A stretch of 61,133 bases of DNA. Source: Asterionella formosa (taxonomy: Eukaryota). The notes under the pieces are model-generated. The model was not told the DNA's origin. It was given only the letters and a program-made list of their open reading frames with translations, and ran no database searches. Below, in pieces: positions 36,123-49,308 of this stretch (position 1 is the stretch's first letter; the number at the start of each line of letters is the position of its first letter). The stretch spans positions 1 to 61,133 of the forward strand of contig NKIB01013264.1 in NCBI GenBank assembly GCA_002256025.1, written 5' to 3'. A program made the translations under genes and the position numbers.

Positions 36123-38656
36123 AAGTGAGGACAAGTCTTTGCAGTGCAGCAAGCAGAAAATCCATGTCACTGGCTTCTGGTGAGTCATCAATGCAGTCAT
36201 TGATCTGTGCAGTACCGATGGGTTCAAAACCTCCCCTAGCCATGGACTTGAAAACGTAGTCACTAGTAATGGTACATACCGAATAATGCTTTACCCATTA
36301 GCAGATTTCCTACTGGTTGGAAACACTGGCGCGGAATCAATAAGACTAGTCTGAACTAGCAGATATATCTAAAGTTAAGTTGTGGATGACAGCTATGTGT
36401 AGTACAAAGTTATCCAGCTACAACTCACTTACCAGTACTCGATTTATTTGTGGGTGAGAAATGGGCAGGATGCATGGAAATATGTGAGATGATTCTGGAA
36501 TCAAAAATCATGCCACAAGGCGTAGGTGACACTGTACGTGCCAGGAAGTATGATGAGCTAATGATCATTCCTTATAGCTAGTACTTCATGGTGGTGCTAT
36601 CTACAGATCAATTAGGTCTTGTCTTGCTACAAATCCAGAGTACCAACGGCAGTCAGCTAGGAGTACTTGGAGCTTCTTATATCCATGGCAAGCTAGTGAT
36701 ACTACTGGTATACTTGATAATCTACCTCTCTCTCTGACTCTCTAGCCTCCTAGCTATTGCCCTAAGGACGTCAGTTAGGAGGTAGTAGGTGTATGAAAAG
36801 TTATAATTATTTAGATGGCGATCATTAATTGTGAGCTAAAGGATTAGTATATCTAGATTGGCTCATGTTCAGTCCATTCACCAAAGGCTGAAATTCCGAG
36901 GGGTTCGTTTCACCTAGTTACTGAAGAGTGGTAGGAGCTTGTTAGACTCTAGGTCTGTGTAAAATAGATATCCCTAGATGTTTCAAAAATATTATGTAAA
37001 TACACCAAGTGTATCAAGTAAATCTCTACATTGAGAGTAAGATTAAGTATAGTTTTTCCTTGTAGAATGGCCTATAAGGCTTAGACAGGACTTAAACTAG
37101 CTACCTATTTTATGTAGGTCTGCCTAGCAACATACCTACTATTGTACCATATGTCACTCTAGAATTAGACCTGGTAACCAAAAATAATCTTCTTAAGGCA
37201 AGCTTCTAACAGGAGAGAATCAACTAATACCTAGAAAGAGAAAGCTATTCAAGAGCATGCTTATTGAGCAGACCATTAACTAGACCTAGCAACAAAAAAA
37301 GGAATTATGGTGGGTAGTGAGAGCTGTCTTAAAAAGGAATAAGAGGTTGAGGATATTTCCTTCCCCCTGCTCTGTATAGAATTTACATCCTTTTATTGTC
37401 GATGATTTTTGCTTGTCACTCCAAAGACCTGGTCTCATATATTTTAGCTCCGGTTTCTCGCACATGTTCTTGGTCACATTGGCACCATCAAGAACTTTAT
37501 ATGAATTCCACAGGGGCGGCCAGACGAGATATTCGTAGCAGTGATAACTTGATCACCCTCTCCTAGGTACTAATCTAGTCCACGTCTGCAAATATAAAGA
37601 ATGATATTTATAAGATCTCAGGTATCATATGCTAACTGGTACAGAATTTTTCGCCACATAATACTTATTTCGTCATGTGTACGATAAAAATATAGTATAA
37701 GTATATGATCATGTGAAGCATACTTATAATAAACAACAAACCCTATAAATATCAAAACATTATTCTATTATGTACATTCTGTCATCATAAATATATCATA
37801 ATATGATCGTAATTATAATCGAATCACTGTTGAAAATAGGTTGAAATGGATAGCAATTTACTGTTACAACTAGAAATGATTTTATGTTTCTATATTCTGT
37901 GCGGATTCACAATATTCCCCTTTTTTGTTGTCTCAATGCTCTTGGTTCATGCATCCCACCTCACTTCAATGCTCTTGATGCATGGCTGATGCCTCCTGCC
38001 TTCCTTCAATGCAGTTGATGCATGATGCCTCCTGCCTTCCTTTCACTCTGATTCTGAAACTAGTCTGACTCCTGCTTGCTGCAATTCCCCTTTCCATTTG
38101 ATCTGATTCTGAATTCGCATGCGCTATTCTGTTCTCATTTCCATTTGATTTCCTAATCATACTTACAATGAGAAGGAATTCCCTGTTAGTCATGCTTTGA
38201 TTAAACCTCAACATTGCAGTTCCATTTTATCATGCTTCACTTACCAGAAATCGATGAAGTTTTCGCATAATTCAGTAAAATGACGTGTCAGTCAATATCG
38301 CATAAGTACACATCAACAAATTTTCGACCAATTACATTTATAAATTGTTACAACAAAAATGTTTGATTCAAATTATCCTGAAAGATTAAAAAGATGGATG
38401 TGTCAGTTATGTTTTAACAGTTGAGCATTAATCCAACAAGAGCACATACCAATTTTTTTTGTCCACGTTGGTGGTTTCCCACCAAATGCGAATTGAGCTA
38501 TTGAATCACTTGAGAAGGAAGTAATCATTCTTTTTTCTTTGTAAAACCAACAGTTGATCATCCTGGCATGTGCCCTTGACGTGCCATAGCTAGATTCCAT
38601 TACCATTTCCATTTTCAATCCTTCTAAGCCGCAACGTTTATCATTATGTTATAGCG

Positions 38657-38735
38657 TCAGTTCAGTTCAGTTCAGTTCAGTTCAGTTCAGTTCAGTTCAG
38701 TTCAGTTCAGTTCAGTTCAGTTCAGTTCAGTTCAG
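38657..38735. repeat. (TTCAG)n microsatellite, ~15-16 units
   Basis: Perfect pentanucleotide run. Confidence 0.97.
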
Positions 38736-39479
38736 TTTCCTTTTCCTTTTGATGTGACCGCTGCTGAGACCTTTCATTTCAGGAAGTTTATCGGGTCGGT
38801 AGGCATGAAAAGGAGCTTTTAAACATGATTTCAAATGTAGTAGCCATGTATACCTATAAAAATAATGTAAATGTATAAATAAATATGCAGTTGAACACTT
38901 GCATATTTCAAAGACACAATATTCAGAAATTAATAAAGATAAGCCCCAACCAGTCTTTGAAGCACATTTAGGTGCCATAAAAGCTTTCAAGCAGTTCCGA
39001 ATTGAAAATTTGAATTCACTTTTGGTGGAGAAAATGTATGAGTATGATTATGATTATGTGCATGAACATCTGGTTCCCATATAAGTTTCAAATGTGGGTT
39101 TGGAAATCAATGGGTTGGAGGATGATCTGAGTGACAAAGGATGCCCTGTCACCTTGCTCTTCGAAAACAAATTTACAATGACACACATTCACCACAGAAC
39201 AATCTAAACTTATATAGTCACAAGGTTGCTTGATTTAGTTTTCAAGGAAACTGGACTTAGTGTTTACAATGCAACCTCTACAGTAGTGGAATGCATTTCA
39301 TGCTGACAACTTCGAGATACTGGAACTACAATCATATGATGTGTCAATTCGAAGACAAAACTGATGTGAGGAATCCAGCTTATGTCCCTAGCAGTGCAAT
39401 AAAAACACACCTTGAACTCGATCGGAATTTATTGCTGACCTTGCTTAAGAAGAGCTAATATGCGAGCTTCAGAATATTT

Positions 39480-41060
39480 TTTCGTAGTATGAAATTGAAA
39501 CTAAAAGACAAGGAATATAAGTCAAAGAAGGCTGGGAAGGCAAGGCGAAGGGGTTAATGAGAGTCTTGTGGGGAAGAGGGTTGATTGATGGCAAAACACT
39601 ACCTTACAATGATACCACTTTAACTGGATGGCAAGATTCACAGCCATGAAATCGTAAACCTTGATTCAAGTTTGAGAAATAGTGGAATAAGAAAATTTTA
39701 TAGTACGATTTTATTGAAACTCGAATCTAATGGAGCTCATGGAGTCACGCTAGGGCCCAAATGGGCCCCAAAGGAATGACAAGTGAGGACAAATCCGTTG
39801 AGGGACTTTTAGGGGTTGCAGACTAGGAAACAACCGTAGAGATGGCAAGCAAGGGCAAGGAGCCCACATGAGGCTCTTACAGTGGTGTGTGTAGACCACC
39901 CAGTATAGGGAGGAACTGAGGGCAGAGAGGAAAGCCAATCAAGAATTAGAAAGAAAATATGGAAACTGCATGGCCATTTTGGAAGAAATTTTTTAAAGGA
40001 GAGTCCGGAATTTGAAGAATCAATAAAAATGGTAACCTGATTAAGACATGAGGTGAGAGCAAGAAAATGGTCTTGAGAGACGCAGAAAGTACTATATAGC
40101 AAACTGCATTGCCATTTCCGTGAATTTGAATTTGAATTGTGACTCCTGGCAATCCATTGCCAGGATGAAATGTAGGGCGGAATTGTAAGGTAAGATCATA
40201 CCTGGTGGAATGGGGTTAAGGGCTGAGCGGAGTGCTGTTGTTGCATTGGGGTGGCTGGTTGACGCCAAGGTATAACAGTGGTCTAGCAGTAGTGGCAAGG
40301 GAGTTGGCGGAGATGTCTTTTGGAGTAGAGGGATGAGATGAGTGCTTTTCGTTGTTGTGGACCGAAGCGTTGAGTGTGAATGTGTGAAGGGGGTCGAGAG
40401 AAGTGGCCGGAGGGTCAGTTGGGCGAGACAGGGTAAAAGAGATTGAATTACAGTGAAATTATGCAGCAACCAGGCGGGGCTTTCCAGTTTCGACAGAAGT
40501 TTCAAATGTAGACTTGGAGGATTTGAGAAAGGATCTGCATGGGGGATGAGCAGGAGTGAAGGAGACAGTGTCAGCCATAGGAATATCAGGACGAGGAGCA
40601 GCATGGGCGGAAAGCGCCATGGTCAAGGGTGATTGAAGCAGCAGCGCCTTGGGAACAGCGGCTGTAGGCCTTGTACCAGAGTAGTATAAATAATAGAGGG
40701 TAAGTAATCCGGAAAGTTAAATGTTGCGTTTGGAAAAAAGTTCAAGTTTGCGACATATAATGTCAATGTGTACTGATTTCTTGAACGCGAAGAATGGAAT
40801 GATGAGGACATTGGCTGGGACCAAGCTTGGAGTTAGTTGCCTTGAGTCATGTCTACACCAAGGTGTCATGCAGAAATTGCTTGCAGAGAGGGAGTTGCAT
40901 ATATGTGTGCTGCCTGTACCAAAGGGGCATACAGAGCAAAACCTGTCAATGAAGGATAAATGAAGGGGGCACCATGGGAACATGTTAGATCATTTCTATC
41001 AGAGGAACGAAATTTTTGTAGACGAGCTCATCAGTACATGTTGGCTTACCGAATCATGCC
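39480..41060 (+). mobile_element. Relic of an IS630/Tc1/mariner-like DDE transposase, interrupted by ~1 kb of unrelated sequence (~39690-40710)
   Basis: GWEGKAKGLMRVLWGRGLID (~39530-39590); SSLRHIMSMCTDF, TPRCHAEIACREGVAY and RAHQYMLAY (~40740-41050). Confidence 0.6.
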
Positions 41061-41884
41061 ATTGACTCTGGCCAATGTGTCTTGTAATTAGATTACAAGA
41101 TTTTAATGAATGTCAATTGATTGAGCAATTGCTAATTGTTGCAGTGTGATGGTAAACTTTACATGAATACATGTATTGATATATTTATACTTCCAATATT
41201 CTCAATAATCTTTCTGTTATCGGACAATCATTGATTTCGTCTTGGCTGTTTCTGTGTTGAAAAAAGAGGGACTGATGGTGATGAACAAAAAACCATTACT
41301 TTCGCTGGTACATCATCCTATGAGGAAACTTAATACAGGAAAATATGAAAACAATACATGTAGTTGCATATGCATATTCCAAAAAGGGAACTATTTAAAA
41401 TATGATGATAGTTATTATACATATTAGATGATATATTGAAATTATACAATCATCTGATCATCATCATAACATGCATCACACAAATAAGATGTTTTCTATT
41501 CGCAGACGCACTGTTAGCCTCAGACAAAGAAATCAAGATCTAAATTTCCCTTGAAAACTCCAATACGTCAGTCTTCACATCAGTTGAGAGCATAAGTGAA
41601 AACATTACCACTAGTTTAGGCCACTGACATGCGTCACCAGTAAGTGACAAGTCAAGGCCATGGGGGAAATGACAATTTTAGATGGTAAGGGAAAGACATG
41701 GTGAACTACTTGCGACATTACCTTGTGGATTCTTGATTGTAGAAGTCACATCTTTAATTCCCTTCAACACTAACATGTGCGAAAAGAAATACCAGTATAT
41801 TCACATTCATTTTCATGTATACAATGTTCTGGGCGTGGATATCGGGTTAACCAATCATTTTCAAATTTTATTGCGATACATTCT

Positions 41885-42400
41885 GATGTTTTGTTATTGA
41901 TACGTGAAATTCTGGTAAATTGGTGACTGTGTTAACACAAGTTAAAACACGACATGCAATCGCTTGTGCAGCCACTGTTATCTTCCACGGACAAATTAAA
42001 TCCACTGTGACTTCTGACCATTCTAATAAAAATGCATTCCTGGGTGGAAGTTTGCCAAAACCAGCACCAGGTAATTTTGTACGTTTTGACATGCTTCACA
42101 TATGCTTACAATATGTTTCACTCTTGCTTTTAATATAGGATGAAAAAATTCTGTAGCAATTGTAGCATTTCATCTTGTTAACATCTGATGATACCAATTA
42201 ATAATAGGATCCAATAGTTATGTAGGAATAGCAATACGCCAAGTACCTCCTGGATTCTTCACAAAACATATCAAATGTATATCATGAAAATGAAATTTTA
42301 AAGGATGTCTGACCCATGGCGATCAAATAGCATTCATATTGTGTCATGTATATACACAGCAGCCACCAATCCTGGGGTTGCTAATGAAATGGGGATGAAA
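41885..42400 (-). mobile_element. Ty3/gypsy integrase relic
   Basis: GFGKLPPRNAFLLEWSEVTVDLICPW...LTCVNTVTNLPE, with upstream IINWYHQML. Resembles the gypsy integrase zinc-binding/core junction (PWxxVxVDLIGP). Confidence 0.7.
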
Positions 42401-42719
42401 TGCAGTGAAGCTTATGCATTCTTAGGCAAAGAAAGAAATGAGACCGGAATCAGGCCTTGACATATATGGGATGATATATTGAATCCACCTTTGCATTTTA
42501 AAGTATCCCGCATTACAATACTAGCGGCGATATACAGCCCTTAATTATCCTGTAAATAACAAATTTTATTCAGGTAATAATTGAAGTAATGATATGCTAC
42601 CGATAGACTACCAGCTACCATGAAGTACCAAGTACCAGGTACCGGTACCAGGTACCTGATACCAGTACCCTGGCACTGTCCTACTGGTAGATAGAAGATG
42701 CAAGTACTGCTACCAGTTC

Positions 42720-43790
42720 CCAGCAAGTTGCTGTCATTTTTCTGAAATGGACAACGTGACGAAGGACAGGCGCTCAATGCGACAAAATAGAAAACGTCAT
42801 CAACCCTCACTTTGAGTCGACAGTATCACGACTTGTAAGTTACGTAAATAATCATCTCTTCTAAACACGGACACGCCAAAACGAGAGAAATGGCTGAAAA
42901 AGAAAATGACAATGACTGGGGCAATAGAAGGGCAGCCCGAAGCAAAAGTATGCAAGTCTTGATTACGTTGCTTCATTCTCTCCAAACTCAAAATCGTTCT
43001 CTTTTTATGGCCGAAGTGATGAAAACTACCAATAATGAACGGTTCTATATCAATTAGGATTTGAAATAGGTATGCATGCTTGTGGCTGGACTCATGCTGC
43101 TCAGGGTACCCGAGGTAGCACTTGTAAGCGCTTGTATATAATTATTTAGCTTAGATTATTTGATTCTTTTCTATGCATAATACATTTAACGGTATAGCAC
43201 TACGGAGTAGCTGTGTAGTCGTTGTGAGCGGCTGGAGTATGCCATTGACAACGAAAATTGAAATAGCCAAGAGCGCATTTTTTAATGAAATTTATAGATT
43301 CATAGGTCAAAACGACGATGCTATCAGCAGATTTGACACTTTTACAGCAGAAATAACATGATCAATTAAAGCAAAAGATGTGAAACAAGTTATATATTAG
43401 CTTAGATTTGATTGCTTGTATAGACGCCGCTAAATGGATGGAGTCATTGTGAGATGGAATGATGGAAGCATGATGGAGATGAGATTTCAAAATTGTTTGC
43501 TTACCAGTAAGGAAAACGATTTTGAGTTGGAGAGAAAAACAACATAAGCAAGACTTGCTTACTTTGGCTTATTATTGTTTACTTTGCTTCGGGTAGCCCC
43601 TTGTCTATTGCCCTGGTCATTTTCGTTTTTGCTTGACGTTTCCCTGTTTTGAAGAATAACCCAGTATGTCACCAAGTCGTGATCACCATGCATACAGACA
43701 ATTTTAAAGAGTGAATTGAAGATTTCTTCTACGTAATTAAATGCCTGTACTGCATCACATTTTCAATTTCAGCAAAATGAACGCAACTTC
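42720..43790. mobile_element. Old foldback/MITE-like element with ~280-bp degenerate inverted arms
   Basis: 42720-43000 versus 43510-43790 in inverted order: CCCGAAGCAAA/TTTGCTTCGGG, CTCAAAATCGTT/AACGATTTTGAG, TCACGACTT/AAGTCGTGA. Confidence 0.65.
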
Positions 43791-43839
43791 CAGGTACCAG
43801 TAGATTACCTCTTCCAAAAATATAGCAGGCATGCAGCGA

Positions 43840-44820
43840 TTCCCGCTCCACCTATTGTCTTGCTATTCCTGTACTTCTAAGTAATTTTAAGCTCTAAGTA
43901 TTTCTTCAGTAATTTTTATTTAGGGGCAATATGGGGCACATCGAATTATTTGGCATTAAAATTGCCGATTTTAGCATGACAGCCATAATAATGGTAAAAT
44001 ACATAGAAATGGTACAACAAGCGTAAAACACATGAGAGTGATTGTAACATGCAACATCAATGAAAATTGAACATGATGTTTGGAGCAACTAAAGTATGAA
44101 ATGTGATGTAAAAAGTAGTGTCCAATGAGAAATAGAAAAAATTGTTTTGACTTAGAAATGAAGTAAAAAATAGGAGTTTCAATGGAAATGTGGTATGCAT
44201 TGTGACATTGTAGTACTTACACAGGTAACATTGACTTTCCATTACCACACAATCAAAGACCGAAAGAAGAAGAAAAAGCTGAATCCAATTGAGATCTGCA
44301 TCGTTATGATGTGTAGATGATCTGGTTGCTGCAACCTGACACTAATAGCAGTATTTCCGCCACAGTCATTCCTCCCACCAAACAAGCAACCCTGATCATT
44401 CCATTCTGAACGAGCATGATCGCCAGGCTGCTCCAGCACTATTGACTCTCTCTAGCTGAGTATTGTTACGTAGCTTGTGATACGAACTCTTAGTATAACG
44501 ATAGCAAAGCGCGTTAGTACAAGAAAAGCATGCATTGCTTGGCGGGAATATTGACATCATGGTCAACGACTATACAGATCAACAAATAAGATCAACAATG
44601 GCACGACAATACATCTTCAAAGAGTAGGAATTGCTACATACATATGCCCTTGTGTAGATAGTTACAATCGAATCAAAACGACAGTGCGGAACAACAAACA
44701 ACGATGGAAGCGATCAAAACGGACCATGGAAGCAATCAAATCGGAAATTCGACAATCATATCTACGATCACATTCAGTGTTTGAATGTTGTACTCACCGA
44801 TCCGCTCTAACAAGCGTAAG
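43840..44820. repeat. ~1-kb dispersed repeat, high-identity inverted copy of ~57712-58680
   Basis: Long near-identical reverse-complement match; spurious ORFs 44057-44248(-) and 58263-58496(+) are nearly identical. Confidence 0.9.
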
Positions 44821-45239
44821 ACGCAGCAGACAATGGGCTCATAAAAAAGTCGAAAGTTCCTTTAGCAAGCCCGAATTGAGCAACGGCAGGCAGGATAGAG
44901 TGAGAAGGATAATTGTGAGGACGAAATCGGGCATGCATAAAGTACGTAAAATCAATCAATATATTTAATGTGAACGATATGATATAACATTCTGGTCTCG
45001 TAAAAAAAATACTGAGTCTACAGCGATAATATTATAACGTGTTCATAGTAAGCGTTAAAGTTTAGCTTAAACCATGCATGGTTGTTTCGAGTACCACGTA
45101 TGTATGTATGTATGTATGTATTTATTTATGTATGAATGTATGTATGCTAGATGACTATCAGGGTACCAGGTACCGGGAGAACATCCGTGAGGAATCATGA
45201 CATGCATGACAGGAGCAAAAACTTGCCACCAACATCAGA

Positions 45240-45940
45240 TATGCACCGATATCATCGTTCGTCCAACGAAATATGGACGATGCGACTACATGAATCCCTC
45301 GAGAAGACAAGCAATCCAACAACCAACCGCATCCGCTAGACAAAGAATCGCTACTGGCGTCATCACTGAACTGATTTCGCTTCAAACCGGTCATGATGGA
45401 TGACGATCGGCATGGTGAAAGGTGAAATGCCGGAGTCCACTTTTCAGGCGACGACCAAAAACGAGGTGAATTCTAGATATAAATTATTAAAATCTATAGA
45501 GTATATAAAAAGGTTTCCTTAAGTAGACCCTTGCCAATTTCGGCAATCCCAGGGCTGGAAAACCGAGGGGCAATTGGAACTAATTGTAATGCCAAAATGG
45601 GAACCTATGAAATATCTAAAATATATTTTAATGATTGGCAATATCGGACCCATTGCAAATTTTGATCTTAATATATGAAATATTCGAAATATCTTTTAGG
45701 ATGGGCTATAGCGAGCTAAAACTGATATTTACACTCAATGATTGGGCAGTAGGTAAGCGAATGGCCCGACGATAGCTAATTTGTGAACTGCCTCAACAAC
45801 ACCCTTCTCGGTGGCTACATGCCTTCTCGTACACATGTGTACTCGCAGGCATGAGACCACCTCGTGTATTGCCTTCAGCAATCTGTGGCCGGGTTCGGAC
45901 GTGTATTGCCTTCAGCAATCTATGGCCGGGTTCGGACGTG
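45240..45940. repeat. Dispersed repeat modules also present at 57020-57710
   Basis: 45240-45585 is a direct copy of 57020-57315; 45600-45880 is an inverted copy of ~57330-57710. Ends with a 37-bp tandem duplication (45864-45937). Confidence 0.85.
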
Positions 45941-46061
45941 TTGCTATCATCCTCTGTCATGCTGGCACTGTATTCATTTACTCTTGTCGCGTCATTCCGA
46001 TTGTGCGTTTGCTCTGTACAGTAGCGCCATTGCACTTTTGGTTCCTCCAGTCTTCCCAACT

Positions 46062-46832
46062 ATGCATAGAAGGAGAGGAATCGGTGTCAGCCGATCGGCA
46101 GGCCCTAAATTCCAAAAGAAGGCCGATGAAATGAAAGCCACCTCGCTACAGTCAGCCCTCGAAACTGTTGAAAAGCTCGAAATAAAGCTGACAGAATTCG
46201 CCAAGAAGCACGCCAAAGAGATTCAAAACGACCCTGCATTTAGACAAAAATTTCTTCAAATGTGTGCACCCCTGGGAGTGGACCCTTTGCTCTCCAAAAA
46301 GGGGTTCTGGGGCAACGTTCTTGGCATGGGCGATTTCTACTACGAACTAGCTGTCAAAGTAGCAGAGGTCTGCCTTGCATCAAGATCAAGAAATGGTGGT
46401 ATTATTAGTATCGCTGAAGTCAAATCAATTCTTTCCGCGCGGAAGACAAAATTTCAGCTTGGGGATCAGACAACCAAAAAGTACTCTGGTGATGACATCA
46501 AGACAGCAATCCAGAAGTTGAGCAAACTCGGAGGCGGCTTTCGTACTATTGAGGTTGGAAACTCGACTATGATTGTATCTGTTCCAACTGAACTTGACAA
46601 TGACCATATGGAAATCATGGGTCTTGCTCAAGCCTATGCAGGTTCAGTATCAATCGAGCAAGTTCGAGATGGGATAGGTTGGAATGACGATCGTAGTCAG
46701 CGAGCCCTCAATCTTCTCTTAGGACAAGGTATGGCTTGGCTGGACGAGCATAAGGGGCAAATTCTGTATTGGTTTCCTAGTATTTGGAAGGAAGGTGTAA
46801 ATTTAGGCTATGGTACGGAAGGTAATCAGTAG
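46062..46832 (+). CDS. SNF8: ESCRT-II subunit VPS22/SNF8/EAP30 (256 aa)
   Basis: MHRRRGIGV...FAKKHAKEIQNDPAFRQKFLQMCAPLGVDPLLSKKGFW...GDFYYELAVKVAEVC...NGGII...SVPTELDNDH...GMAWLD...YWFPS. ATG at 46062; the ORF-track extension upstream is repeat DNA. Confidence 0.95.
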   Translation: MHRRRGIGVSRSAGPKFQKKADEMKATSLQSALETVEKLEIKLTEFAKKHAKEIQNDPAFRQKFLQMCAPLGVDPLLSKKGFWGNVLGMGDFYYELAVKVAEVCLASRSRNGGIISIAEVKSILSARKTKFQLGDQTTKKYSGDDIKTAIQKLSKLGGGFRTIEVGNSTMIVSVPTELDNDHMEIMGLAQAYAGSVSIEQVRDGIGWNDDRSQRALNLLLGQGMAWLDEHKGQILYWFPSIWKEGVNLGYGTEGNQ

Positions 46833-47559
46833 AATGTTGTTGCATTTTTAAAGTATTTATTCATGTGTTGTCCCGTGAGCCATACAGAAATAAATACCCA
46901 GAATTCTCTTTGTTGAAAGGTGATTGAACCTACATTGAGTGATCAAGGCAATGGATGATCCTCGTTTAGTCATCATGCATGATTCAGTTTATAGGAGGAA
47001 GTCTTTATATCCATACCAGCTATTAGGTTGTTCTACTACCTTCTGGCTCAGTGTTGCCACCATCACAAATCGCCAAACCAATGGAATATCTTGCAAAAAA
47101 AAAACAGATTTCAGCAAAACAGTCAACCATCACTCCAGCAGGAGTGGATGCCAGTGAAGGCTGATGAATACATGGAAGCAAACAAAGGAGAGTTATATAC
47201 ACATGAAAGAACTTCTGAATATAATGCTGATGAATGACCCAATGACCTGTCTATTCCCACCACAACCTCACCGTCAAGAATATTCGAAATGAACTACTCA
47301 GAAATCAATGTCAGCTTCAAAGATACCGGGAAGCTCATCATGGGAACTGCCAATACCACCTCATAGAAGAACATCTGCTCCAAGCCAATCCCATTACAAT
47401 AAGCTGAGATTGCATGAGCTTAAAATTGACGATGAATTTGAGAAGTTGAAGAACGAGCTAGAAATTTAAATATAGAATATTCTAGAAGGCAAGTCGCACA
47501 CGGTTTATCTTGATTGGCACTTCCTTTGTGGAGCGAAAGATGCGTTAAAACTACGCATT

Positions 47560-48350
47560 AATCTTTACACTCTTCCTAGAATGCCAAGTCCCTTTCCCTC
47601 TGTTTCATCCTGCGCCAAATTCATCATCATCCCAATTGGCCTTCTTCCTACTGCAGAAGAGAATGCGGCAAAGAAGAGGGGAAGGTAACAAAGCAGACCA
47701 AACCCATCCTTAAAATTAAGGTTGTATCCCAGATGCAAAGTGCCTTCATAAAGATGTCATTGGTAGTCTTCGCTCAAAATCACGCAGATGACTCTTGTTG
47801 ACGATATTCCATCTTGGATCTCAACCTTGTAGACTCCTTTGTCTGGTTTATTGGCAATATTTGGTCTGTTGTCGAAAATTTCCAGCATCACCGGAACATA
47901 GACACCAAAAGCATCCCTAAGTCGCCTGCTCACATCACTAACAAATAATCCTTGGGACGCAGCGACTTCTAACTTCACCAGTATTCCAAACATTGACTCC
48001 AGAGTGACAATGTTGCCAGTTATTGTTGAGACGACAAGATCGAAGTTATTGGTACCATGGACATCGTCTGCTTGGACCATGATTGTAACAACTTCATCAC
48101 CAATTGCTACCAATTGGATGCATCCCAACAACCCAGCATCAACAACGAATAGGTTTGAGCCGACAGGCTGAACAATATGTAAACCTGAAGCACTTCCCCC
48201 ATGTGGATTTCCCATTTCTTTCTTGTTCTCCTTCTTTGGATATTGCCACGCGGTACCGAGGTAAGCATTCCAATGACTTTGATCAGCGTGCAAATCCACA
48301 AGGAGATATTGCGCGCGGCAACGTCTAATGAAGCAAAACGCGTCCCCCAT
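47560..48350 (-). pseudogene. C-terminal fragment of a DEX1-like (FG-GAP-type, C-terminal TM) gene
   Basis: NLFVVDAG..GCIQLVAIGDEVVTIMVQADDVHGTNNFDLVVSTITGNIVTLES resembles the C-terminal region of plant DEX1 (from memory). After a frameshift it continues into a hydrophobic tail. No 5' exons visible. Confidence 0.6.
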
Positions 48351-48854
48351 CCTGTCGTGTGAATAATGATACAACAATACAACTACAACAAATTCTAATT
48401 ATCATGCAGAAGTGTCTTGATAGTAATGAGTTTTTCAAACCTTCCATGATGGTTTCCTCAAGAATTTACATGACAACCAAAAGATGCCTTCCATATCATG
48501 ATACACAATCAGTTGTTATCCAGTCAAAAGCAGAGACACCTTTGAAAATCGATTAAACATCAGTAAATGTAGTAAAGTCATTCTATTGCTTATAACCATT
48601 AAGTATGATAGCACATTCTTATTGTTAAGGATGAGAGTTGAACATTGCATTTTTCTTGTAGAAAGCAATGCTGTATGCTATGATAATACAAACACTAAAA
48701 TTATGATGACGAAATATTAAAAGTAAGATCATCTTGCACAACAACTTTAACAACTTTAGCATTATCATAATGTATAAAATGATAATCTGTTTTTTAGCCC
48801 ATTCCTACTCCCCTTTTTCAAGGCAAGTATTCATTGTGCTGCCTCCCAACAAGA

Positions 48855-49153
48855 CCTGTGCTTCCCTAGTTTTGTTAGCATAGGTGAGTCCCCAACCACC
48901 TTTCATGAAAGGTGATTGTCTTAGCCGCAGCGTTAGGGGCAACTCCGACCGCCTAGGAAGGCGGCACAAGCTGCTTGTAGGGGGGGGGGGGCAAACCCAC
49001 TATTTCTTGCACACCAGGCAAGATCATGCGGGACAATAAGGAGTGTGGGAGTTGAACCCAACAATTGCTTCTAAAAACATTGCGGGAATCGAGGAACCAC
49101 ACAACTTCAGATCAAAGGCAACATGCTCAACCAACTACCGTTAGCTATTCCCC
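48855..49153 (-). mobile_element. tRNA-derived SINE-like element, copy 3
   Basis: Reverse complement begins GGGGAATAGCT..GTTGGTTGAGCA...GAAGTTGTGTGGTTC and shares the body, including GCTAACAAAACTAGGGAAGCAC. Confidence 0.75.
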
Positions 49154-49245
49154 TCATTATGATAATATATACCGGTAATGCATTGCTACACGTATGATTT
49201 CATGAAATCTAGTCTACGATTAAATGTACCCTTTATTACGTGGTA

Positions 49246-49308
49246 GGGGGATGGCTTAGTGGTGAGTTCACCCTTCTGCGGTGGCGGGTTCGATTCCTGC
49301 ATTCTCCA
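49246..49308 (+). ncRNA. Compact tRNA-like sequence (pseudo-tRNA or head of a second SINE family)
   Basis: Acceptor GGGGGAT/ATTCTCC-A, A-box TGGCTTAGTGG, T-arm GCGGG-TTCGATT-CCTGC, 4-bp CACC/GGTG stem with a CTTCTGC loop. Only 63 nt, no variable loop; a T5 tract follows. Confidence 0.55.

Noticed and set aside
36700..37300. TAG/CTA-rich stretch as a hypermutated retroelement
   Set aside because: Composition is suggestive, but no protein motif could be recovered.
38657..38735. (TTCAG)n as a telomeric repeat
   Set aside because: Internal, short, and not a TTAGGG-type unit.
45864..46061. 66-aa N-terminal extension of SNF8 in the ORF track
   Set aside because: Starts at a non-ATG codon inside a 37-bp tandem repeat; family homology begins at MHRRRG (46062).
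49246..49308. Functional tRNA-Arg(TCT) gene
   Set aside because: Too short, no variable loop, 4-bp anticodon stem and atypical spacing; kept only as tRNA-like.
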